The notes below the pieces were generated by a model. That model was not told the DNA's origin, ran no database searches, and saw only the letters and a list, made by a program, of their open reading frames with translations. Shown piece by piece: positions 1 to 12,066 of a stretch of DNA of 44,048 nt. The translations under genes and the position numbers were made by a program. Source of the stretch: Phoronis australis (taxonomy: Eukaryota > Animalia > Phoronida); contig NMRA01001169.1 in NCBI GenBank assembly GCA_002633005.1, forward strand, positions 1-44,048, written 5' to 3'. Every line of letters begins with the position of its first letter. Positions within the stretch are counted from its first letter, which is position 1.

Positions 1-96
1 TGAAGGGCAAGGCCCATAGCTCCTAGCTTCTGACCATATTTGGCCATGTCCAAAGGACTCAACATCATAGGAAAATTTCATACGTAATACACAGCT

Positions 97-114
97 TGAC
101 CACTAGAGGGCGCA
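97..114 (+). promoter_or_regulatory. CTCF-consensus-like motif
   Basis: tgaCCACTAGAGGGCGCa closely matches the bilaterian CTCF core CCACYAGRGGGCGC. Motif match only. Confidence 0.4.
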
Positions 115-157
115 TATATCTTACTTACATAATCATGTCCAGGGCACTCCTGTTACA

Positions 158-929
158 CCATTTTCCTTCAGAGCGTGACCTATTTTCGTGAACCTCATTC
201 TATTTCTTAGTTAAATGTCAATAACGCAATATTTCGCTAAAAGAACGCTCGAAGCAATTCTGGTTATCTTGAATAAAATTTAATATGATTTTTTATTACG
301 ATTTACTTCCAATTCGGATCATACATATTTTCTAATTTACCGCCCTCTATTGGTGGCAGTATGAAACAGGTGAAAGTGCCTTCGATAAAGTTTTAATTCG
401 AGAACTAAAAAAGGCGCTGTATACGGAAATAACGATATCTTGTCACAGACGAGAGCTGTAGCTACCACAGAACTTATGTGTGGGTGTTGTGCTTTTTTGG
501 CGCGCTTGAATTGCATAGGCCTCCATGTAGGTCTAAATTGGTACAGTTTGGCCCGTGGAGGCAAGGCATTCAAAAGTCCCTTAAAAATATCAAAATACGT
601 CACTCAGAATTATTTTTGGCATTTTAAATTTCAAAAAGAATAGTAATGTGTATAACTCTGTCATTTTTTTATTTTTAAGCGCCCGCAAAGTGGTTTAATT
701 CCCATGGAATTATAGGGCATTTTCAACAGTCGCGCAAAAGGGGTTAGGCCATTTTTTCACTCGATTTAGTTATTCGTTATGTATTTACAGACTCACGAAA
801 GACAAAACTAATTTTTATATTTTTGTAGCTAATTCACCCCAGGTGATATATGTACTATATGAACTTTAAAATCTGTGACATGCCATGTTCCCATGGTATT
901 GCAAATTGCCTGACGTTCTCATGCTGTGA
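158..929 (+). repeat. Left arm of a ~770-bp diverged inverted repeat (partner 5297-6028)
   Basis: aaatgtcaataacgcaatatttcgctaaaagaacgctcgaa is the near reverse complement of ttcgagcgttcctttagcgaaatattgcgttattgacattt (~5934-5974). Colinear similarity runs along the whole arm. Confidence 0.9.
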
Positions 930-969
930 AGTTCTTCCAGCTAAAGAAACTTAAAATTTCCTGTGTTTC

Positions 970-1704
970 AGAAAAGGAGCAATAACGCTCCTACCCAAGT
1001 CAAAAGGTGAGTTCGAGCTCCAGTCCTTGGATAATTGGCGTCCAATATCTTTATTGAATACCAATTATAAAATACTTACAATAGTTCTTACAGCCCGTAT
1101 AAATAATATCATGGGAAAACTGGTTCACCCAGGTCACACAGCTGTTAAAGGGTGATATATAGGATACAATATTCGTATCATTCAGGATATAATTTCTTAT
1201 ACAAACATTACTAATGGTCAAGGACACATTTTATTTTTGGACTTTAGCAAGGCGTATGATACAATAAAATGGTACTTAATTTTTCAAGCTTTGAAGGCTT
1301 TTAATTTTGGACAGGGTATTAAACGATGGGTAGAAATAGTATATAACAAACCAACAGCTTGTGTTGTGAATAATGGTTTTACAACAGCTTGTTTTCGTTT
1401 AGAAAGGGGTGTAAGACAGAGTGATTCATTGTCGGGTCCATTTTTTTGCCTAGCTGTTGAAGTTATGGCCAATTATATACGAAATTGTAGTTTAATTAAA
1501 GGCATAATTGTTAAGAAAACTGAAGTTAAAATTCTCCAGTACGCAGATGACACTACCTTAATTCTTCTTGACAAAAATTCTGGCATGAATTGTCTCAAAT
1601 TTTTTGAACATTTTGGTTTAGTCTCTGGTCTACAGCTAAATAATAAGAAATGTGAAGGGTTATATTTAGGTCAAGAAAAAGAGTTTTCTGAAATACTTTA
1701 CTAG
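970..1704 (+). pseudogene. Non-LTR retrotransposon (L1/Tx1-like) reverse transcriptase fragment
   Basis: One frame reads ITLLPK..NWRPISLLNTNYKIL..KG*YIGYNIR..LDFSKAYD..GVRQSDSLS..QYADD..SGLQLN. In-frame TGA at 1153-1155 (likely CGA>TGA). Truncated at both ends. Confidence 0.92.
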
Positions 1705-2008
1705 TACTCTATTGTAAATGTATTGTCAGTGAGCATCAATACTTATGTCTCTATGTTCGTAGCAATTGTTGGTAGCTGCTGATTTTGAAATCTCATTTCG
1801 TTAAAGGTCAACAATTTTCAAGTTTCAGTTGCCCGGTTATCAAAATTAGGAATCATTGACCTGGCTAACTTTTTGTCATTTAATTTTGACCAATTGCTCA
1901 GGTTTGCCGGGATGATTTAGATTATTGAATACAAAAAGACATCCAGCTACTAGTAGTCGGTGGGCCAGATTTTGTAGGGCCACTAGAAAATGGTTTTTGT
2001 GAGTACTT

Positions 2009-2038
2009 TAGGGGGGCAATTTTATTTTGGTGTTTTTT
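2009..2038 (+). repeat. Transposon terminal/subterminal motif, inverted match to 13171-13200
   Basis: taggggggcaattttattttggtgtttttt vs the reverse complement of 13171-13200, taggggggcaatttaattcaggtgtttttg (26/30). Both have aaaaagttc about 60 bp inward. Confidence 0.55.
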
Positions 2039-3649
2039 AAATAATATATTTTTAGAGTGTTTTCAAAATCTAAAAAGTTCCCACATATAAGGTTAACCTG
2101 TTTGGTAGTCCTTTGTTTATTCCACAGCATTTCAAAAAACATTGCACATAAAACGTTCACAGATTCGTCTACTTACCAGTTTCTGCGGCTGCATCAACCT
2201 GAAATGAAAAATATTTTCCCCTGTTTAACTGACTAAATAAGCAAAAATCAAATTAAGCCTTTCACTTAACTCACCTTTTCAAATGCTCTATTTAAAAGTT
2301 GGCCAAGCCCAAGAAACTCAGAAGTTATCTGATGTCATTGATGGTTTTGATTATGTGTTTGTGTTGGTGTTGATATTATTGATAGAATCTCAATACCATA
2401 AGGACCAAATGGATGTTTCGTTTAAAAGGTAATTGAACTTTCGGAAAATGGAGCCAATTCTCAATGTTTTACTCGCTCGTTTTCCCAGGTCTCTGAAAAT
2501 TAATAATTATAATTAGAAATTGAGTCAATTTGTTACTTTTTTGTGGAGAAAGTAGAAATCGCAACATTGCAACACTACTTCCGTTTTCTCTACATCACTC
2601 GCAATGCGCAGCGTTTGGAAATATAGAAAAGAGCGACTGGTTTTAAGATTAATATTTTACGTACATTTAAGATCGGCGATAGCCGAGCAATGAGATGAAG
2701 GTACTTGCTCTGACCACTGGTCCAGCCAGACGCTTATTGTTTTAGAAAGAACAGTTGCAACTGTATAATTTTGATTGACTATGAGCAGTATCGTATCACT
2801 AGGGTGCTTGATCACTGGTGATCCTCTGTCAACACCACAATCTTCCCTCAAGATCGTTGGGATTTCGTCATCAGTTTTTTGTGCTCCACAAAATGCGCAA
2901 TAAGATCAAAAGGCCGATCCAACTTTGACAAACTTATTTCTCATGAATGCCCAAACCACCAATTGACACCACTTTGCAATGTTTAATTGAAAGAAAATGT
3001 AAAATATTGGTTTTATTGTCTCGTTGTGTTAATCAATAAAGAAACGGCATCGGTTTGACAGTTAATTACTGTCTGGAAACTGGAAAGGGTTTGGATTTTC
3101 TGAATTCTTTACTTAGAAAGTAAATACGAAATATATCGATTTAATTCTCGATGTCTGGATGCAGCTTGAGTTTCGGATGTGACTCAGATTTCTATGTTTC
3201 AACATTCCATGTTTGGGCAAAGCAAAAATGTCTCGGTTTTCTGATTTTCAATTCCGTTTTAACCGAAAAAATTGATTTATTCTTTTCACGCACGGACCGT
3301 GTAAAATAAACACATTTTACGTGCAGAAAGGTATTTGTTTAAGAACCCTTTGCGCCTTATATTTTCAAATTTCATTAAGCAGATCCATAACGTACATGTA
3401 TTAACGGATATGAACTACACAAAAAAGTTTACACGTACCTGAACAGCCACGGCAAACAATGCAAATATCAACGACTTCATCTGAAAAACATAATACAAAC
3501 GCTAGTTAGGACTTGCAAGGCAATCCTACTCTTTAGTTTCAATAGCGGATTTGCAGCGACGCCATATTGAAATTAGGTTAATATGGTGCATTGTGGGTGC
3601 TGTGGTCAGGATTCCGAAAGCGGCCATAGCAACAAGCATAATACGCGGT

Positions 3650-4885
3650 ATGAGCGCGAAGAAAACTTACGGCGGATACACTTGTTGTGTTCCTGGCTGC
3701 TTCAAAAACAACAAGAGAGATAAAAAATATGAGTTTGTATGTGTTCCCTGCAAACCAAGAACTTCGTGAAAAATGGATAAACAACATTAGGAGACCTGGG
3801 AGTAAGGGGAAATTTAGCGCATTCAAACGAACGCGGGGCCATCTAGTAGGCAACACGTAGCCCCTCGGTTGGCCATGTAGGGGCTACAATACTTCCATTC
3901 GCTTTCTGTACTCATTTCGTTACTCCAGTGTATTTTAAACGGGCCGTGACCGGATTTGGGTTACCGATTTCGAGTTTCCCCCTCGTCAAAAATACACTCT
4001 ACACTTAAAACTATCATTTAAAAAACGCTTACTTTCATCATTGGTCCTTTCTACTTCTATACATATCTTTAATGAAGCTTAGTTGTGAGAATTAAGTTGA
4101 CTTTGGCGAAGAATTACAACTCCACTTTTTTGGTTGCCGTTAATTTTATCACCGCGTGCGCGATAACTACAAAGCATGTCAACTGAATCCCGTGAGTTAG
4201 GCGCAAGGTTAGACTGAGCGAAGCGCGTGACGCTAGCGCGCGACACTTGTAAAATAGCATGAGAAGGTATCGGGTGAAACTTGTAAGATGTGTGTCCCTT
4301 GGACTTTTTATTCGTCAACATGCGTAATTTCACGTAACTTCCTCAAAATGGCACCCGGTAACCGTGACTGAGAGAAACTCGAACAAACCGCGACAGATTT
4401 TCATCGATTCGTTCAAGTTTTGCTGACTAAATTGTATCCAGAGTCGTGGTATGTGTTAATTATAACTCCGTGTTCCTATATGTATGCCGGGTTCATTTGA
4501 TTTTATTTGCTGTATTTTGAAATGAGTAACTTTTTGTGAGGATGTACTATCGCCCCTGAATGCCTGCGGCATCCAGTGCGATGTAATTGCCTAGGGGCCA
4601 TCGGATGTGCAGTGAACATTTTCCTGGTGGAAAAAAAGACTTATGAGAACAACATTCCGACGGAGTTTCCACTTAAAATTAACGTCTCTAGCATATCCAC
4701 GACGAAAGCTACAAAAGTTAAGCAACCCAAGAACTCTCAACTTGTCTGAAATAGGAGATTTCAAAATCAACGCCGATAACCCCAATACTGAACACGGCGA
4801 CAGTCGTGCTCTCGGTCACACGGTCACTGATCATAGCTACGCTGTGTTTACAAACGAGAGAGAGAGGACTTGCTTGGTATTATAA
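3650..4885 (+). pseudogene. THAP zinc-finger protein remnant, frameshifted and split by an insertion
   Basis: MSAKKTYGGYTCCVPGC.. / ..VFPANQELREKWINNIRR..TRGH [insertion] RMCSEHFPGGKK / TYENNIPTEF. A downstream DHSY matches the HCF-binding motif (D/E)HxY common in THAP proteins. Confidence 0.88.
3844..4593. mobile_element. 750-bp non-autonomous element with TAG..CTA termini and 9-bp TSD (AcademH-like)
   Basis: Perfect TSD ggggccatc at 3835-3843 and 4594-4602. Short taggcaa/ttgccta inverted ends. Subterminal hairpin gtagcccct..aggggctac. Removing it restores the THAP frame. Confidence 0.85.
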
Positions 4886-5296
4886 AGCAAAAAATGAAAC
4901 ATGGTTTTTAGTTTGAAAATCACTCCAAATCCACACACTATCCAGCCTGCTCAAGACATGCCTGACCACAAGCTATCCCATGAGCCTTCGCGAAGGAAGT
5001 AACTCGCACATGCGCAATGCGTAGTTCGTCTGCGCTGCAAATCCGCCATTAACTTAAAAATTCAACGAACTTTAACGCAAATTGGTTCACTTAAAGCCTA
5101 AGCCTAGAGTTTCCTTTAAAACAGCTCCCAATGTGTGTATTCTCCAAATTTAGTCGATTTAACATGCATTTTAGTTACATCTGTTTTGACAGTCCACCAA
5201 CAACTAAAACTGTGGCCATAACGTGTGATAGCTGACTGGTACAGTATGGGTATCCACACAACTCCAAATACTTTCAAACTTAGATACATTTAAAAG

Positions 5297-6028
5297 TCAC
5301 TGCTTGAGAACGTGAGGCAATTTGAAATATTCTGGTAACATATCATGTCATGAACTTTAAATCTGATATAGTACACATATCACTTGGGGTGAATTAGCAA
5401 CAGAAATACAAAAATTAGTTTTCTCTTTCGTCACTTTAAATATACAAGGCATAACTAAATCGAGTGAAAAATTGCCCGTAACCCCTTGTGCGCAATTGTT
5501 GGAAATGGTCTAGGTTTCCATGAGAATTAATCCACTTTGCAATCGTTTATGAAATCAAAACTTCATTGAGTTATACTCTAACTTTCCTTTCGAAATTGAG
5601 ATTGGCAAAAATAAACCAGATTGACGTATTTTGATATGTTTGAGGAACTTTTAAGTGTCTTGCCTCCACTGGCCAAAAACAGATACCCATTTAGACCAAG
5701 TTAGAGACCTGAGTCAAGAGCGCAAAATCGCTCTCCATCCGCACATGGGTTATGTGATAGCTGCAGCTCTCTTCCTTGGTAACACCTTTTTTAAATTCTC
5801 GAATTTACATTTTCGCGAAGGCCGTTTTACCACTTTCAGCTGTTTCATACTGCCACTAACAGAGGGCAGAATTGCAGAAAGTACATAAAATATTATCCAA
5901 ATTGGAAGTTTTATTGAACATTACCATAATTTGTTCGAGCGTTCCTTTAGCGAAATATTGCGTTATTGACATTTAGTTAGGAAATAGAATGAGGTAAACA
6001 AAAAAGGTCACAATCTGAAGCAAAATGG
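5297..6028 (-). repeat. Right arm of the inverted repeat (partner 158-929)
   Basis: Reverse-complement similarity to 158-929 throughout. A short third, direct fragment lies at ~6233-6278. Confidence 0.9.
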
Positions 6029-6866
6029 CGGTAGCTAGCGAGCCGCTGATTCAATATTCATTGTTAGAAGTCTTGTTGCCTTGTTCTACGTTTATGCTAA
6101 AATGTGATGGTTTCTGAATTCATAAATTAGCAAAAAATTCCGAGGGTTTCCGTCAACTTTTCTGTGAAGAAGTTTTTAGGTGTTGACCATTCCACCAAAG
6201 AGTAAAAATAAGCTGTATTTCAAAAAAAAACCGTGACATGTCATGTTCCCACATCTGCCTGTCTTTCTCATGCAGTGACTCCTAAAAAGATATTTAAAGC
6301 TCAATTTGTACTTTTGGTTATGCATCACTTCCTAAAGTGGCCGCCGCAGTGACAGTTGATGAATACGTTAATGCATTATTCAACTGCCCCAGCATGTGAG
6401 GTTTCCGCGGAAGCCCCAACCACTTAAAATAGAAATAGAATAAGGCAAACACAAACAGAGTTGAATATTTTAGGGATGTCATTTTCCAAATTGTGGAATT
6501 AAAAGGGGGTATGTTTAACTTATCGCTACGATACAACTGTAATGATTACCCTATTAAAACGGACAAAGCATTTAACGAATTCATGTAGAAGATGTCCCTC
6601 TTTAAAAAATGCTCTTTAGTAAGGACTCGCCGATACACACGATCGCGTACTTGAACATGAACATGTACCGTTAGGAAATAATCAACACAACAGTATTTAG
6701 CTTCTGGGTTGGTGAGCAACCAAGTCAGCGTAAATGCAAAATTTGATTGAATTTCGTTATTTTGTGTACATGATCGTTAATGACCACAACAATATTACGA
6801 AAACAATTTTGGGTTGGTTTGGCTGTGACCCTCAACTTGTCAGTTATATTACGAAGGTATGAAACC

Positions 6867-7642
6867 TAGCCAGCAAGCTAGCTGTATGAAGACTGTCGTC
6901 AAAATACAGCTAGGTCCCACTGCGTGAATTTCTTCCGTAGACTCCGAAATTGCACACAGCCAGGGTAGTTCTGCTCGTCACCACGCCGTGAAACTTGTAT
7001 CAACATGTAAAGCTAAAGACCGGACGGTGTGCATGCAAATCTGGGAGCCAACCGACACTCACCTTTCTCGTTACAACCGTTTAAGTGAAAAACAATGCAA
7101 TAAACGTCATTTTCTTGCGTAACTCTCCACCTTTTCTAACAATGAAAAGTATTTCGTCGTTTTGAAAACAGTACGCTCGTGCCACGCGCACGCATCATTT
7201 CCTTAATTTTTACGATATCTCTCGGGAGATGATGATAGCTTGGCAGCAGCAAAACTTCTTCTGAAATTCGATTTTTCGCTATCAAAATTCTAAAAACTTA
7301 TAATGAAGTGAAACCAGTTCTGATAATTTGTTGTGACGTGCACGCAACCCCGTGAAAGAACAACAGTTGATTGAAGAATCAGCGAAAAAAGAAACTGGCC
7401 AATAGGTGACGCAATATTTCATGGCGCCGAAAGCCGTCGCTAAAGATCGCTCCACAACTTTAGCAGCAGAATAACGGTAGAACGCAATTTTTGCCAACAC
7501 CGTTAAATAATTTAGTTTACTCAAGGAAGACTGTAGTTTTTAATGACACCAATTTTGTGTCAGATTTTATCTTACCACTTTTTTTTACCCGCAACGGTGC
7601 AAAGCTGTATATTTATATATATACAGCTTTGTACCAAGGCTA
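6867..7642. mobile_element. 776-bp non-autonomous element with TAGCC..GGCTA termini and 9-bp TSD (AcademH-like)
   Basis: Perfect TSD tatgaaacc at 6858-6866 and 7643-7651. Subterminal hairpins tagctgtat..atacagcta and ggtgcaaagctgtata..tatacagctttgtacc (7596-7635). Confidence 0.85.
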
Positions 7643-8172
7643 TATGAAACCGTGCTCATAAGATCGAAACGACAATAAAAACATTTCCTCAAACGTACAT
7701 TTCCTGTACATGTAATACCAGCAACAAATTTGGTTGCTGCGCAACGCATAGTTTAGTGTTTTATCTAAAGTTGCATTTCGCCGGTTAACAAACAATAACC
7801 AAATTCAGCCTTTTATTCTCATAAAATCGGTCCAGATTGTCCATAATGTTTTTCGATATTTTGCAACGAGTTTGTTCCTCCTGAATGTTTTGAATGTTTT
7901 ACTACTTACAACCTAGGACTATAGTACTACTACTAGATACCATACATTGCACCATTTTAAAAGCCTATTATGTCCTCCCTTGTCAACAGGGTTAGACATA
8001 AACTCGACAACTGTAGGCTATTATGATTTACAGTTGTTATGCTTTGCAATTTCCTCATGGGTATTTCTTCATGCCTATTCAAGTCAGATTTTCTGTTGAT
8101 CAAATGTTCATGCAATGCATTGTAATATCAAATGAATAAGTTTAGATGCAAGACCACAATTTTTAATACGAC

Positions 8173-8460
8173 TTAAAACAAATGGCCGCAGAAATTTTGC
8201 TGACGTATTACCGGGTTTGTAGTTCTCTGAAAACATTCGAATGGCAACACAAACTCCACCGCTGTCCATGGCAATTCGTCGCATGTATATCGCCCATCGG
8301 TCTTATCGTTGTTTTTCGTTGTTGTGTCATTGGATATAACAACACAGTTCGCATGGATAGAGAACCTTAGGCATACATCATACCGTTGCCGATAAATGCT
8401 CGTCATTATCTTCACTATAACAACGGAAACAATGACGATGCTAATCGATGGGACCAGGTT
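8173..8460 (-). other. Possible exon of a membrane protein (hydrophobic segment followed by basic residues)
   Basis: The ORF contains ISIVIVSVVIVKIMTSIYRQRY and then ~70 aa of plausible composition. No family recognised and no clear splice sites. Confidence 0.2.
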
Positions 8461-9611
8461 TCCCCGTGAAATCCCACAGAGGGGGAATCTCAAAGTATCC
8501 ACAGAAACCTAACAGCGCACACGAATCATTTCCGTGGAACTTAAACTCCAATTCTCTATATCCATCTATTGTGTTGTATTGCTTATGGTACATGTACTTC
8601 AGATTTCAATCCCCAACCCTGTAATATGTACAGTGTAGTTTGAGTAAAATTTCTAGACAGTGATGTAAAACCATGTTTGACAATTTTAGTCCTTATCTCA
8701 TTTGAAAGGTGTCTACTTCACAGACAACACATCTATATTGAAAACATTTCTTGTGAAAAGATATAAAACACCAAATCAGAGACTTGTATACTACAAAATA
8801 TGTTTTTATAATATAATACAATCAAAACTGTACACTCAAAAGTGCAAATATTTTGACTCTGATAGAAAATTGCCTTCTATATCTTTTCAACACTCTTATT
8901 GCTACAGGACAGAGTCAACCACTCAAAACCCATGAAGTCAGGGTATCGCACTTAAAGACCCCACGTAACGACCAAATGACTTTTGAATTTGTTAAATTTA
9001 TGTATCAGTGATCGACACAAACAAATCATCCATCCCTTTACTCCTGACATTAGCTAATTACGCCAATTGCTATCGTACGACCCCATCAGGAACCCCAATT
9101 AGCGCCGAAAAAACTTAAGGTGGTGCTCGTTATAGTCGAGGCAAATGATATCATCGTTGTGAGCCAAGTATACCGAACAGTCCGTTTCCACAGGAAACTT
9201 ACCTTACGGTGGCGGGCGCATATTTCAAGTCACAGATTTTCAAAATTACATCTGTTAGAGACGACAAAGTTCAAATACTATACGACACTTATCTCGACAC
9301 TTCTACGTGCATGTACAGTAATATCCTACAAGTCACTGTGCCTCGATAGTCTAGCGTCGCCGAAGTCAGTAGCGCGTTCTCGGTGGGGACCACTTACTCA
9401 TAGGCCATGGGCCGTAGCTCAAGTCTTTTTCAGGGGGGCAACTTGATTTTTCCTGCATAGCTAGATATACCATTACGCAATTGATACCTGAAAAGTTCCC
9501 ACGTTTTAAGGTGCACATTTTTTTGTAGAAAAACATGTTTGTGAGTCCAAATGTTACCTTATTGAATAAGAGGTAGCACTAAATCCAAAAAAGACTAGCA
9601 CAAGATGGAGC

Positions 9612-10107
9612 TGTTTAAGTGAAAAACAAACGTTATTTCATCTCATAATATTCAGCCTTTTGTAACAAAGAAAACAGTACGCTCAACACGTGCAATTTCC
9701 TAAAATTTACGACATCTGTCGGGAGATGACGACAGCTTCGCAGGAGCAAAATTTGTTCTGAAATTCAGTTTCCTGGTATTAAAATACTAAAAACTTGAAA
9801 GGATATGGAATCAGCTCAAATAATTTGTTGTGACATGTACGCTACAATCGCTTGTTTTACTTGGAAGAACAAATAGGGGAACGAAATGGGGCAATAAGGC
9901 AACAGCCGAACTGAAAGAGCCCTAAATTTTAGTAGCAGAGTGAACGGCAGAATGACAATTTTTTCAACACCGGTAAATAATTTAGTTTACTCAAGGAAAA
10001 GAGTTAACGACACTAATTTTTTGTCATTTTATTTGACCAGTTTTTACCCACGTCGGTGCAACGGCTATATATTTAGTTTGTGTACAGCTCGCACCAAGGC
10101 AAGGCTA
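9612..10107 (+). mobile_element. Left-truncated diverged copy of the 6867-7642 element
   Basis: Shares ttaagtgaaaaacaa, aaaacagtacgctc, cgggagatga, aaataatttagtttactcaaggaa and the terminal ..aaggcta with ~7080-7642. No left end or TSD found. Confidence 0.8.
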
Positions 10108-10940
10108 CGCAGTCGAGGCCCTTTCCTGGCCTGATGCCGAGAACAGCATCGTTCCACTAATAGTCAAAATTACACGGCAGTAAACTTGTGTTATGAACTT
10201 TTGATCAAAAGCCGAGATCGCAGACGAGTTATACGCATTTGTTCTGTAGCCAAGAGGCATTCACCCAATGAGCTGTATGCATAATAAGCTTAATTTATAT
10301 CATTTCCTTCACCCACGGTACAGCCTCAGTGACGTCAGACGCGTGTTAGCCAATAGGATATAACATTCGGAAAACGCTTTTTTACAAAAATGTGAAAGAA
10401 TAACAAAGATGTGATTTCTGATATAGACTTTATTCATCAAGTAAATTACAATAAAAATGCATGTTACTGTACTTCAGGAACCTTTTTAACATTTTCGAGC
10501 TACTTTACTCTCAGGTTTTGCTAAAAGGCGCATTAGGTGCCTGAATTTCAGATGTAGGTGCAGCTTCTGACATGTGGTAGAAGAATAAGAAAGTACGTAG
10601 CAAATATACGTAGCAAATATTTTGAGAACATTTTTATTGAGTTTTTACGCATTCAACATAGTTTGTTGGTGGTTTGCTTCCAAAGTAATTTTGTGTTGTT
10701 GTAACACTATCTTCAAAAGATCTAATTTTATGTATTTTTTGAAATAACAAAATTTATTTGAGTGAAAGTACAATTTATAATACTTGCATGATTGTAAAGA
10801 CTTGTGTGCATATCAGAAATTGTATGTTAATTTTCAAACAAAAATGTGTTTTCAAGACCATTTTGCATACATACCCGTGGGTATCATTTTCACTTTTGAG
10901 CACAACACGCTAGGCCGTCTTATTTTGAGTCTTTACTATC

Positions 10941-11915
10941 AAGTGGCGGATCTAGGATATCACAAGGGGGACCCAACATTTTGTCCGGCTGTAAGCATTT
11001 GCGCCAACCACGATTGTTGATGCGTATAGCACCGAATGGGGGGAGGTCGGGAGGGGGAAATTTTTCTGTTTTTTCCTCTAAAAATCAAACATTTTCCTTG
11101 ATTCCTAAAGTATTATCCAAGAAAAATAAAGCAAAAAAAAACAAAAAAGAAGAACGTGTCAAACAGGAAAAATGCAGGTTCCATAGACTCGAAATCACGA
11201 CCAAGCGAATAGAGCGCGCGTGCTTTACCACTACACCACCACGACTTACCGACTAATCTTATATTAAGAGACCTACTTGTTTGCGGACCACAGCGTTTGC
11301 GCGCGAATCCTATTTCTTTTTGTAATGCTTATTACACATTTTATATTTTGTGCAATCGGTTCTTAAAAAATTTGTTGTATTTAAAGTAGTCTTCGAATGC
11401 CCATAAGACCAAATCCGTTTTTCGTGTTGGCAATAATGACGGGATTGCTTTGGAAATCGTCTTAAGTTAAGATTTGACAAAGAGAGAATTATGAGTTTCT
11501 GAGTGATTCACTGAGGCTTCGATTAAAATTCACATCTTACCAACAGCTTCTGTTTTTTCATCGTCACTCAGGTTCCATTTTCTTTAAAACATGAATTAAA
11601 TTTTCTTCATAGCACTGTGGAGCAGACGACGCAAAGGGGGTCGTAGTACGCAGCGCCACTGCCGGTCGCCTGGGATATCGCGGGAGAGCCTATACTTAGC
11701 CATAGTTCCGTTACGAATGCGCCGTGTTCCGAATTTGACACTTGAAATTGGATCTGAGCCCCCTCCCCTCCAGCACTAAACTGCACACATTTAAATCTTG
11801 TTTCATCCTGGGTTAATTAATAAACTCAACATTTCCCTACGCTCTTGCTGTTTTATTTTTTGCGGAAGCCAAGGGGGGCCTGCCCCCCCCNCCCCCGCCC
11901 CTAAATACGCCTATG
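10941..11915. mobile_element. MITE with imperfect TIRs (hAT-like ends), probably carrying further nested pieces
   Basis: aagtggcggatctagg / cctaaatacgcctatg imperfect inverted ends with G- and C-rich subtermini. ctatc is present at both junctions (10936-10940, 11916-11920). Confidence 0.5.
11172..11245 (-). repeat. Degenerate tRNA-derived (SINE-head-like) sequence
   Basis: The minus strand has A-box-like TGGTGTAGTGG and B-box-like GATTTCGAGTC at tRNA spacing. No intact cloverleaf seen. Confidence 0.5.
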
Positions 11916-12066
11916 CTATCTGTCTTTGATCATTCTTTGTACTTCTATTCAGTTCTTGTAATAAAGAATTGAGTACATGTCAACATCTGTCATTTTGTAG
12001 GACAGGACTACAATTTTTTCCTTTAAACTCTGACAACAGTTTTTATTTTTAATTTGCTTGGTTGTA

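Larger units (their letters stand above)
3544..5047 (+). mobile_element. Non-autonomous ISL2EU/Harbinger-group-like DNA transposon with THAP remnant
   Basis: TIR agcggatttgcagcg / cgctgcaaatccgcc (14/15). AT at both flanks (3542-3543, 5048-5049). Internal THAP domain. Confidence 0.75.

Noticed and set aside
970-1704. RT as part of a retron, DGR or group II intron system
   Set aside because: The motifs (NWRPISLLN, LDFxKAYD, GVRQ, YADD) are those of eukaryotic L1/Tx1 LINEs. The fragment is broken and has no associated ncRNA or partner gene.
11172-11245. Functional tRNA gene
   Set aside because: The B box is degenerate and there is no convincing acceptor or anticodon stem. The same applies to B-box-like motifs near 25465 and 42120.
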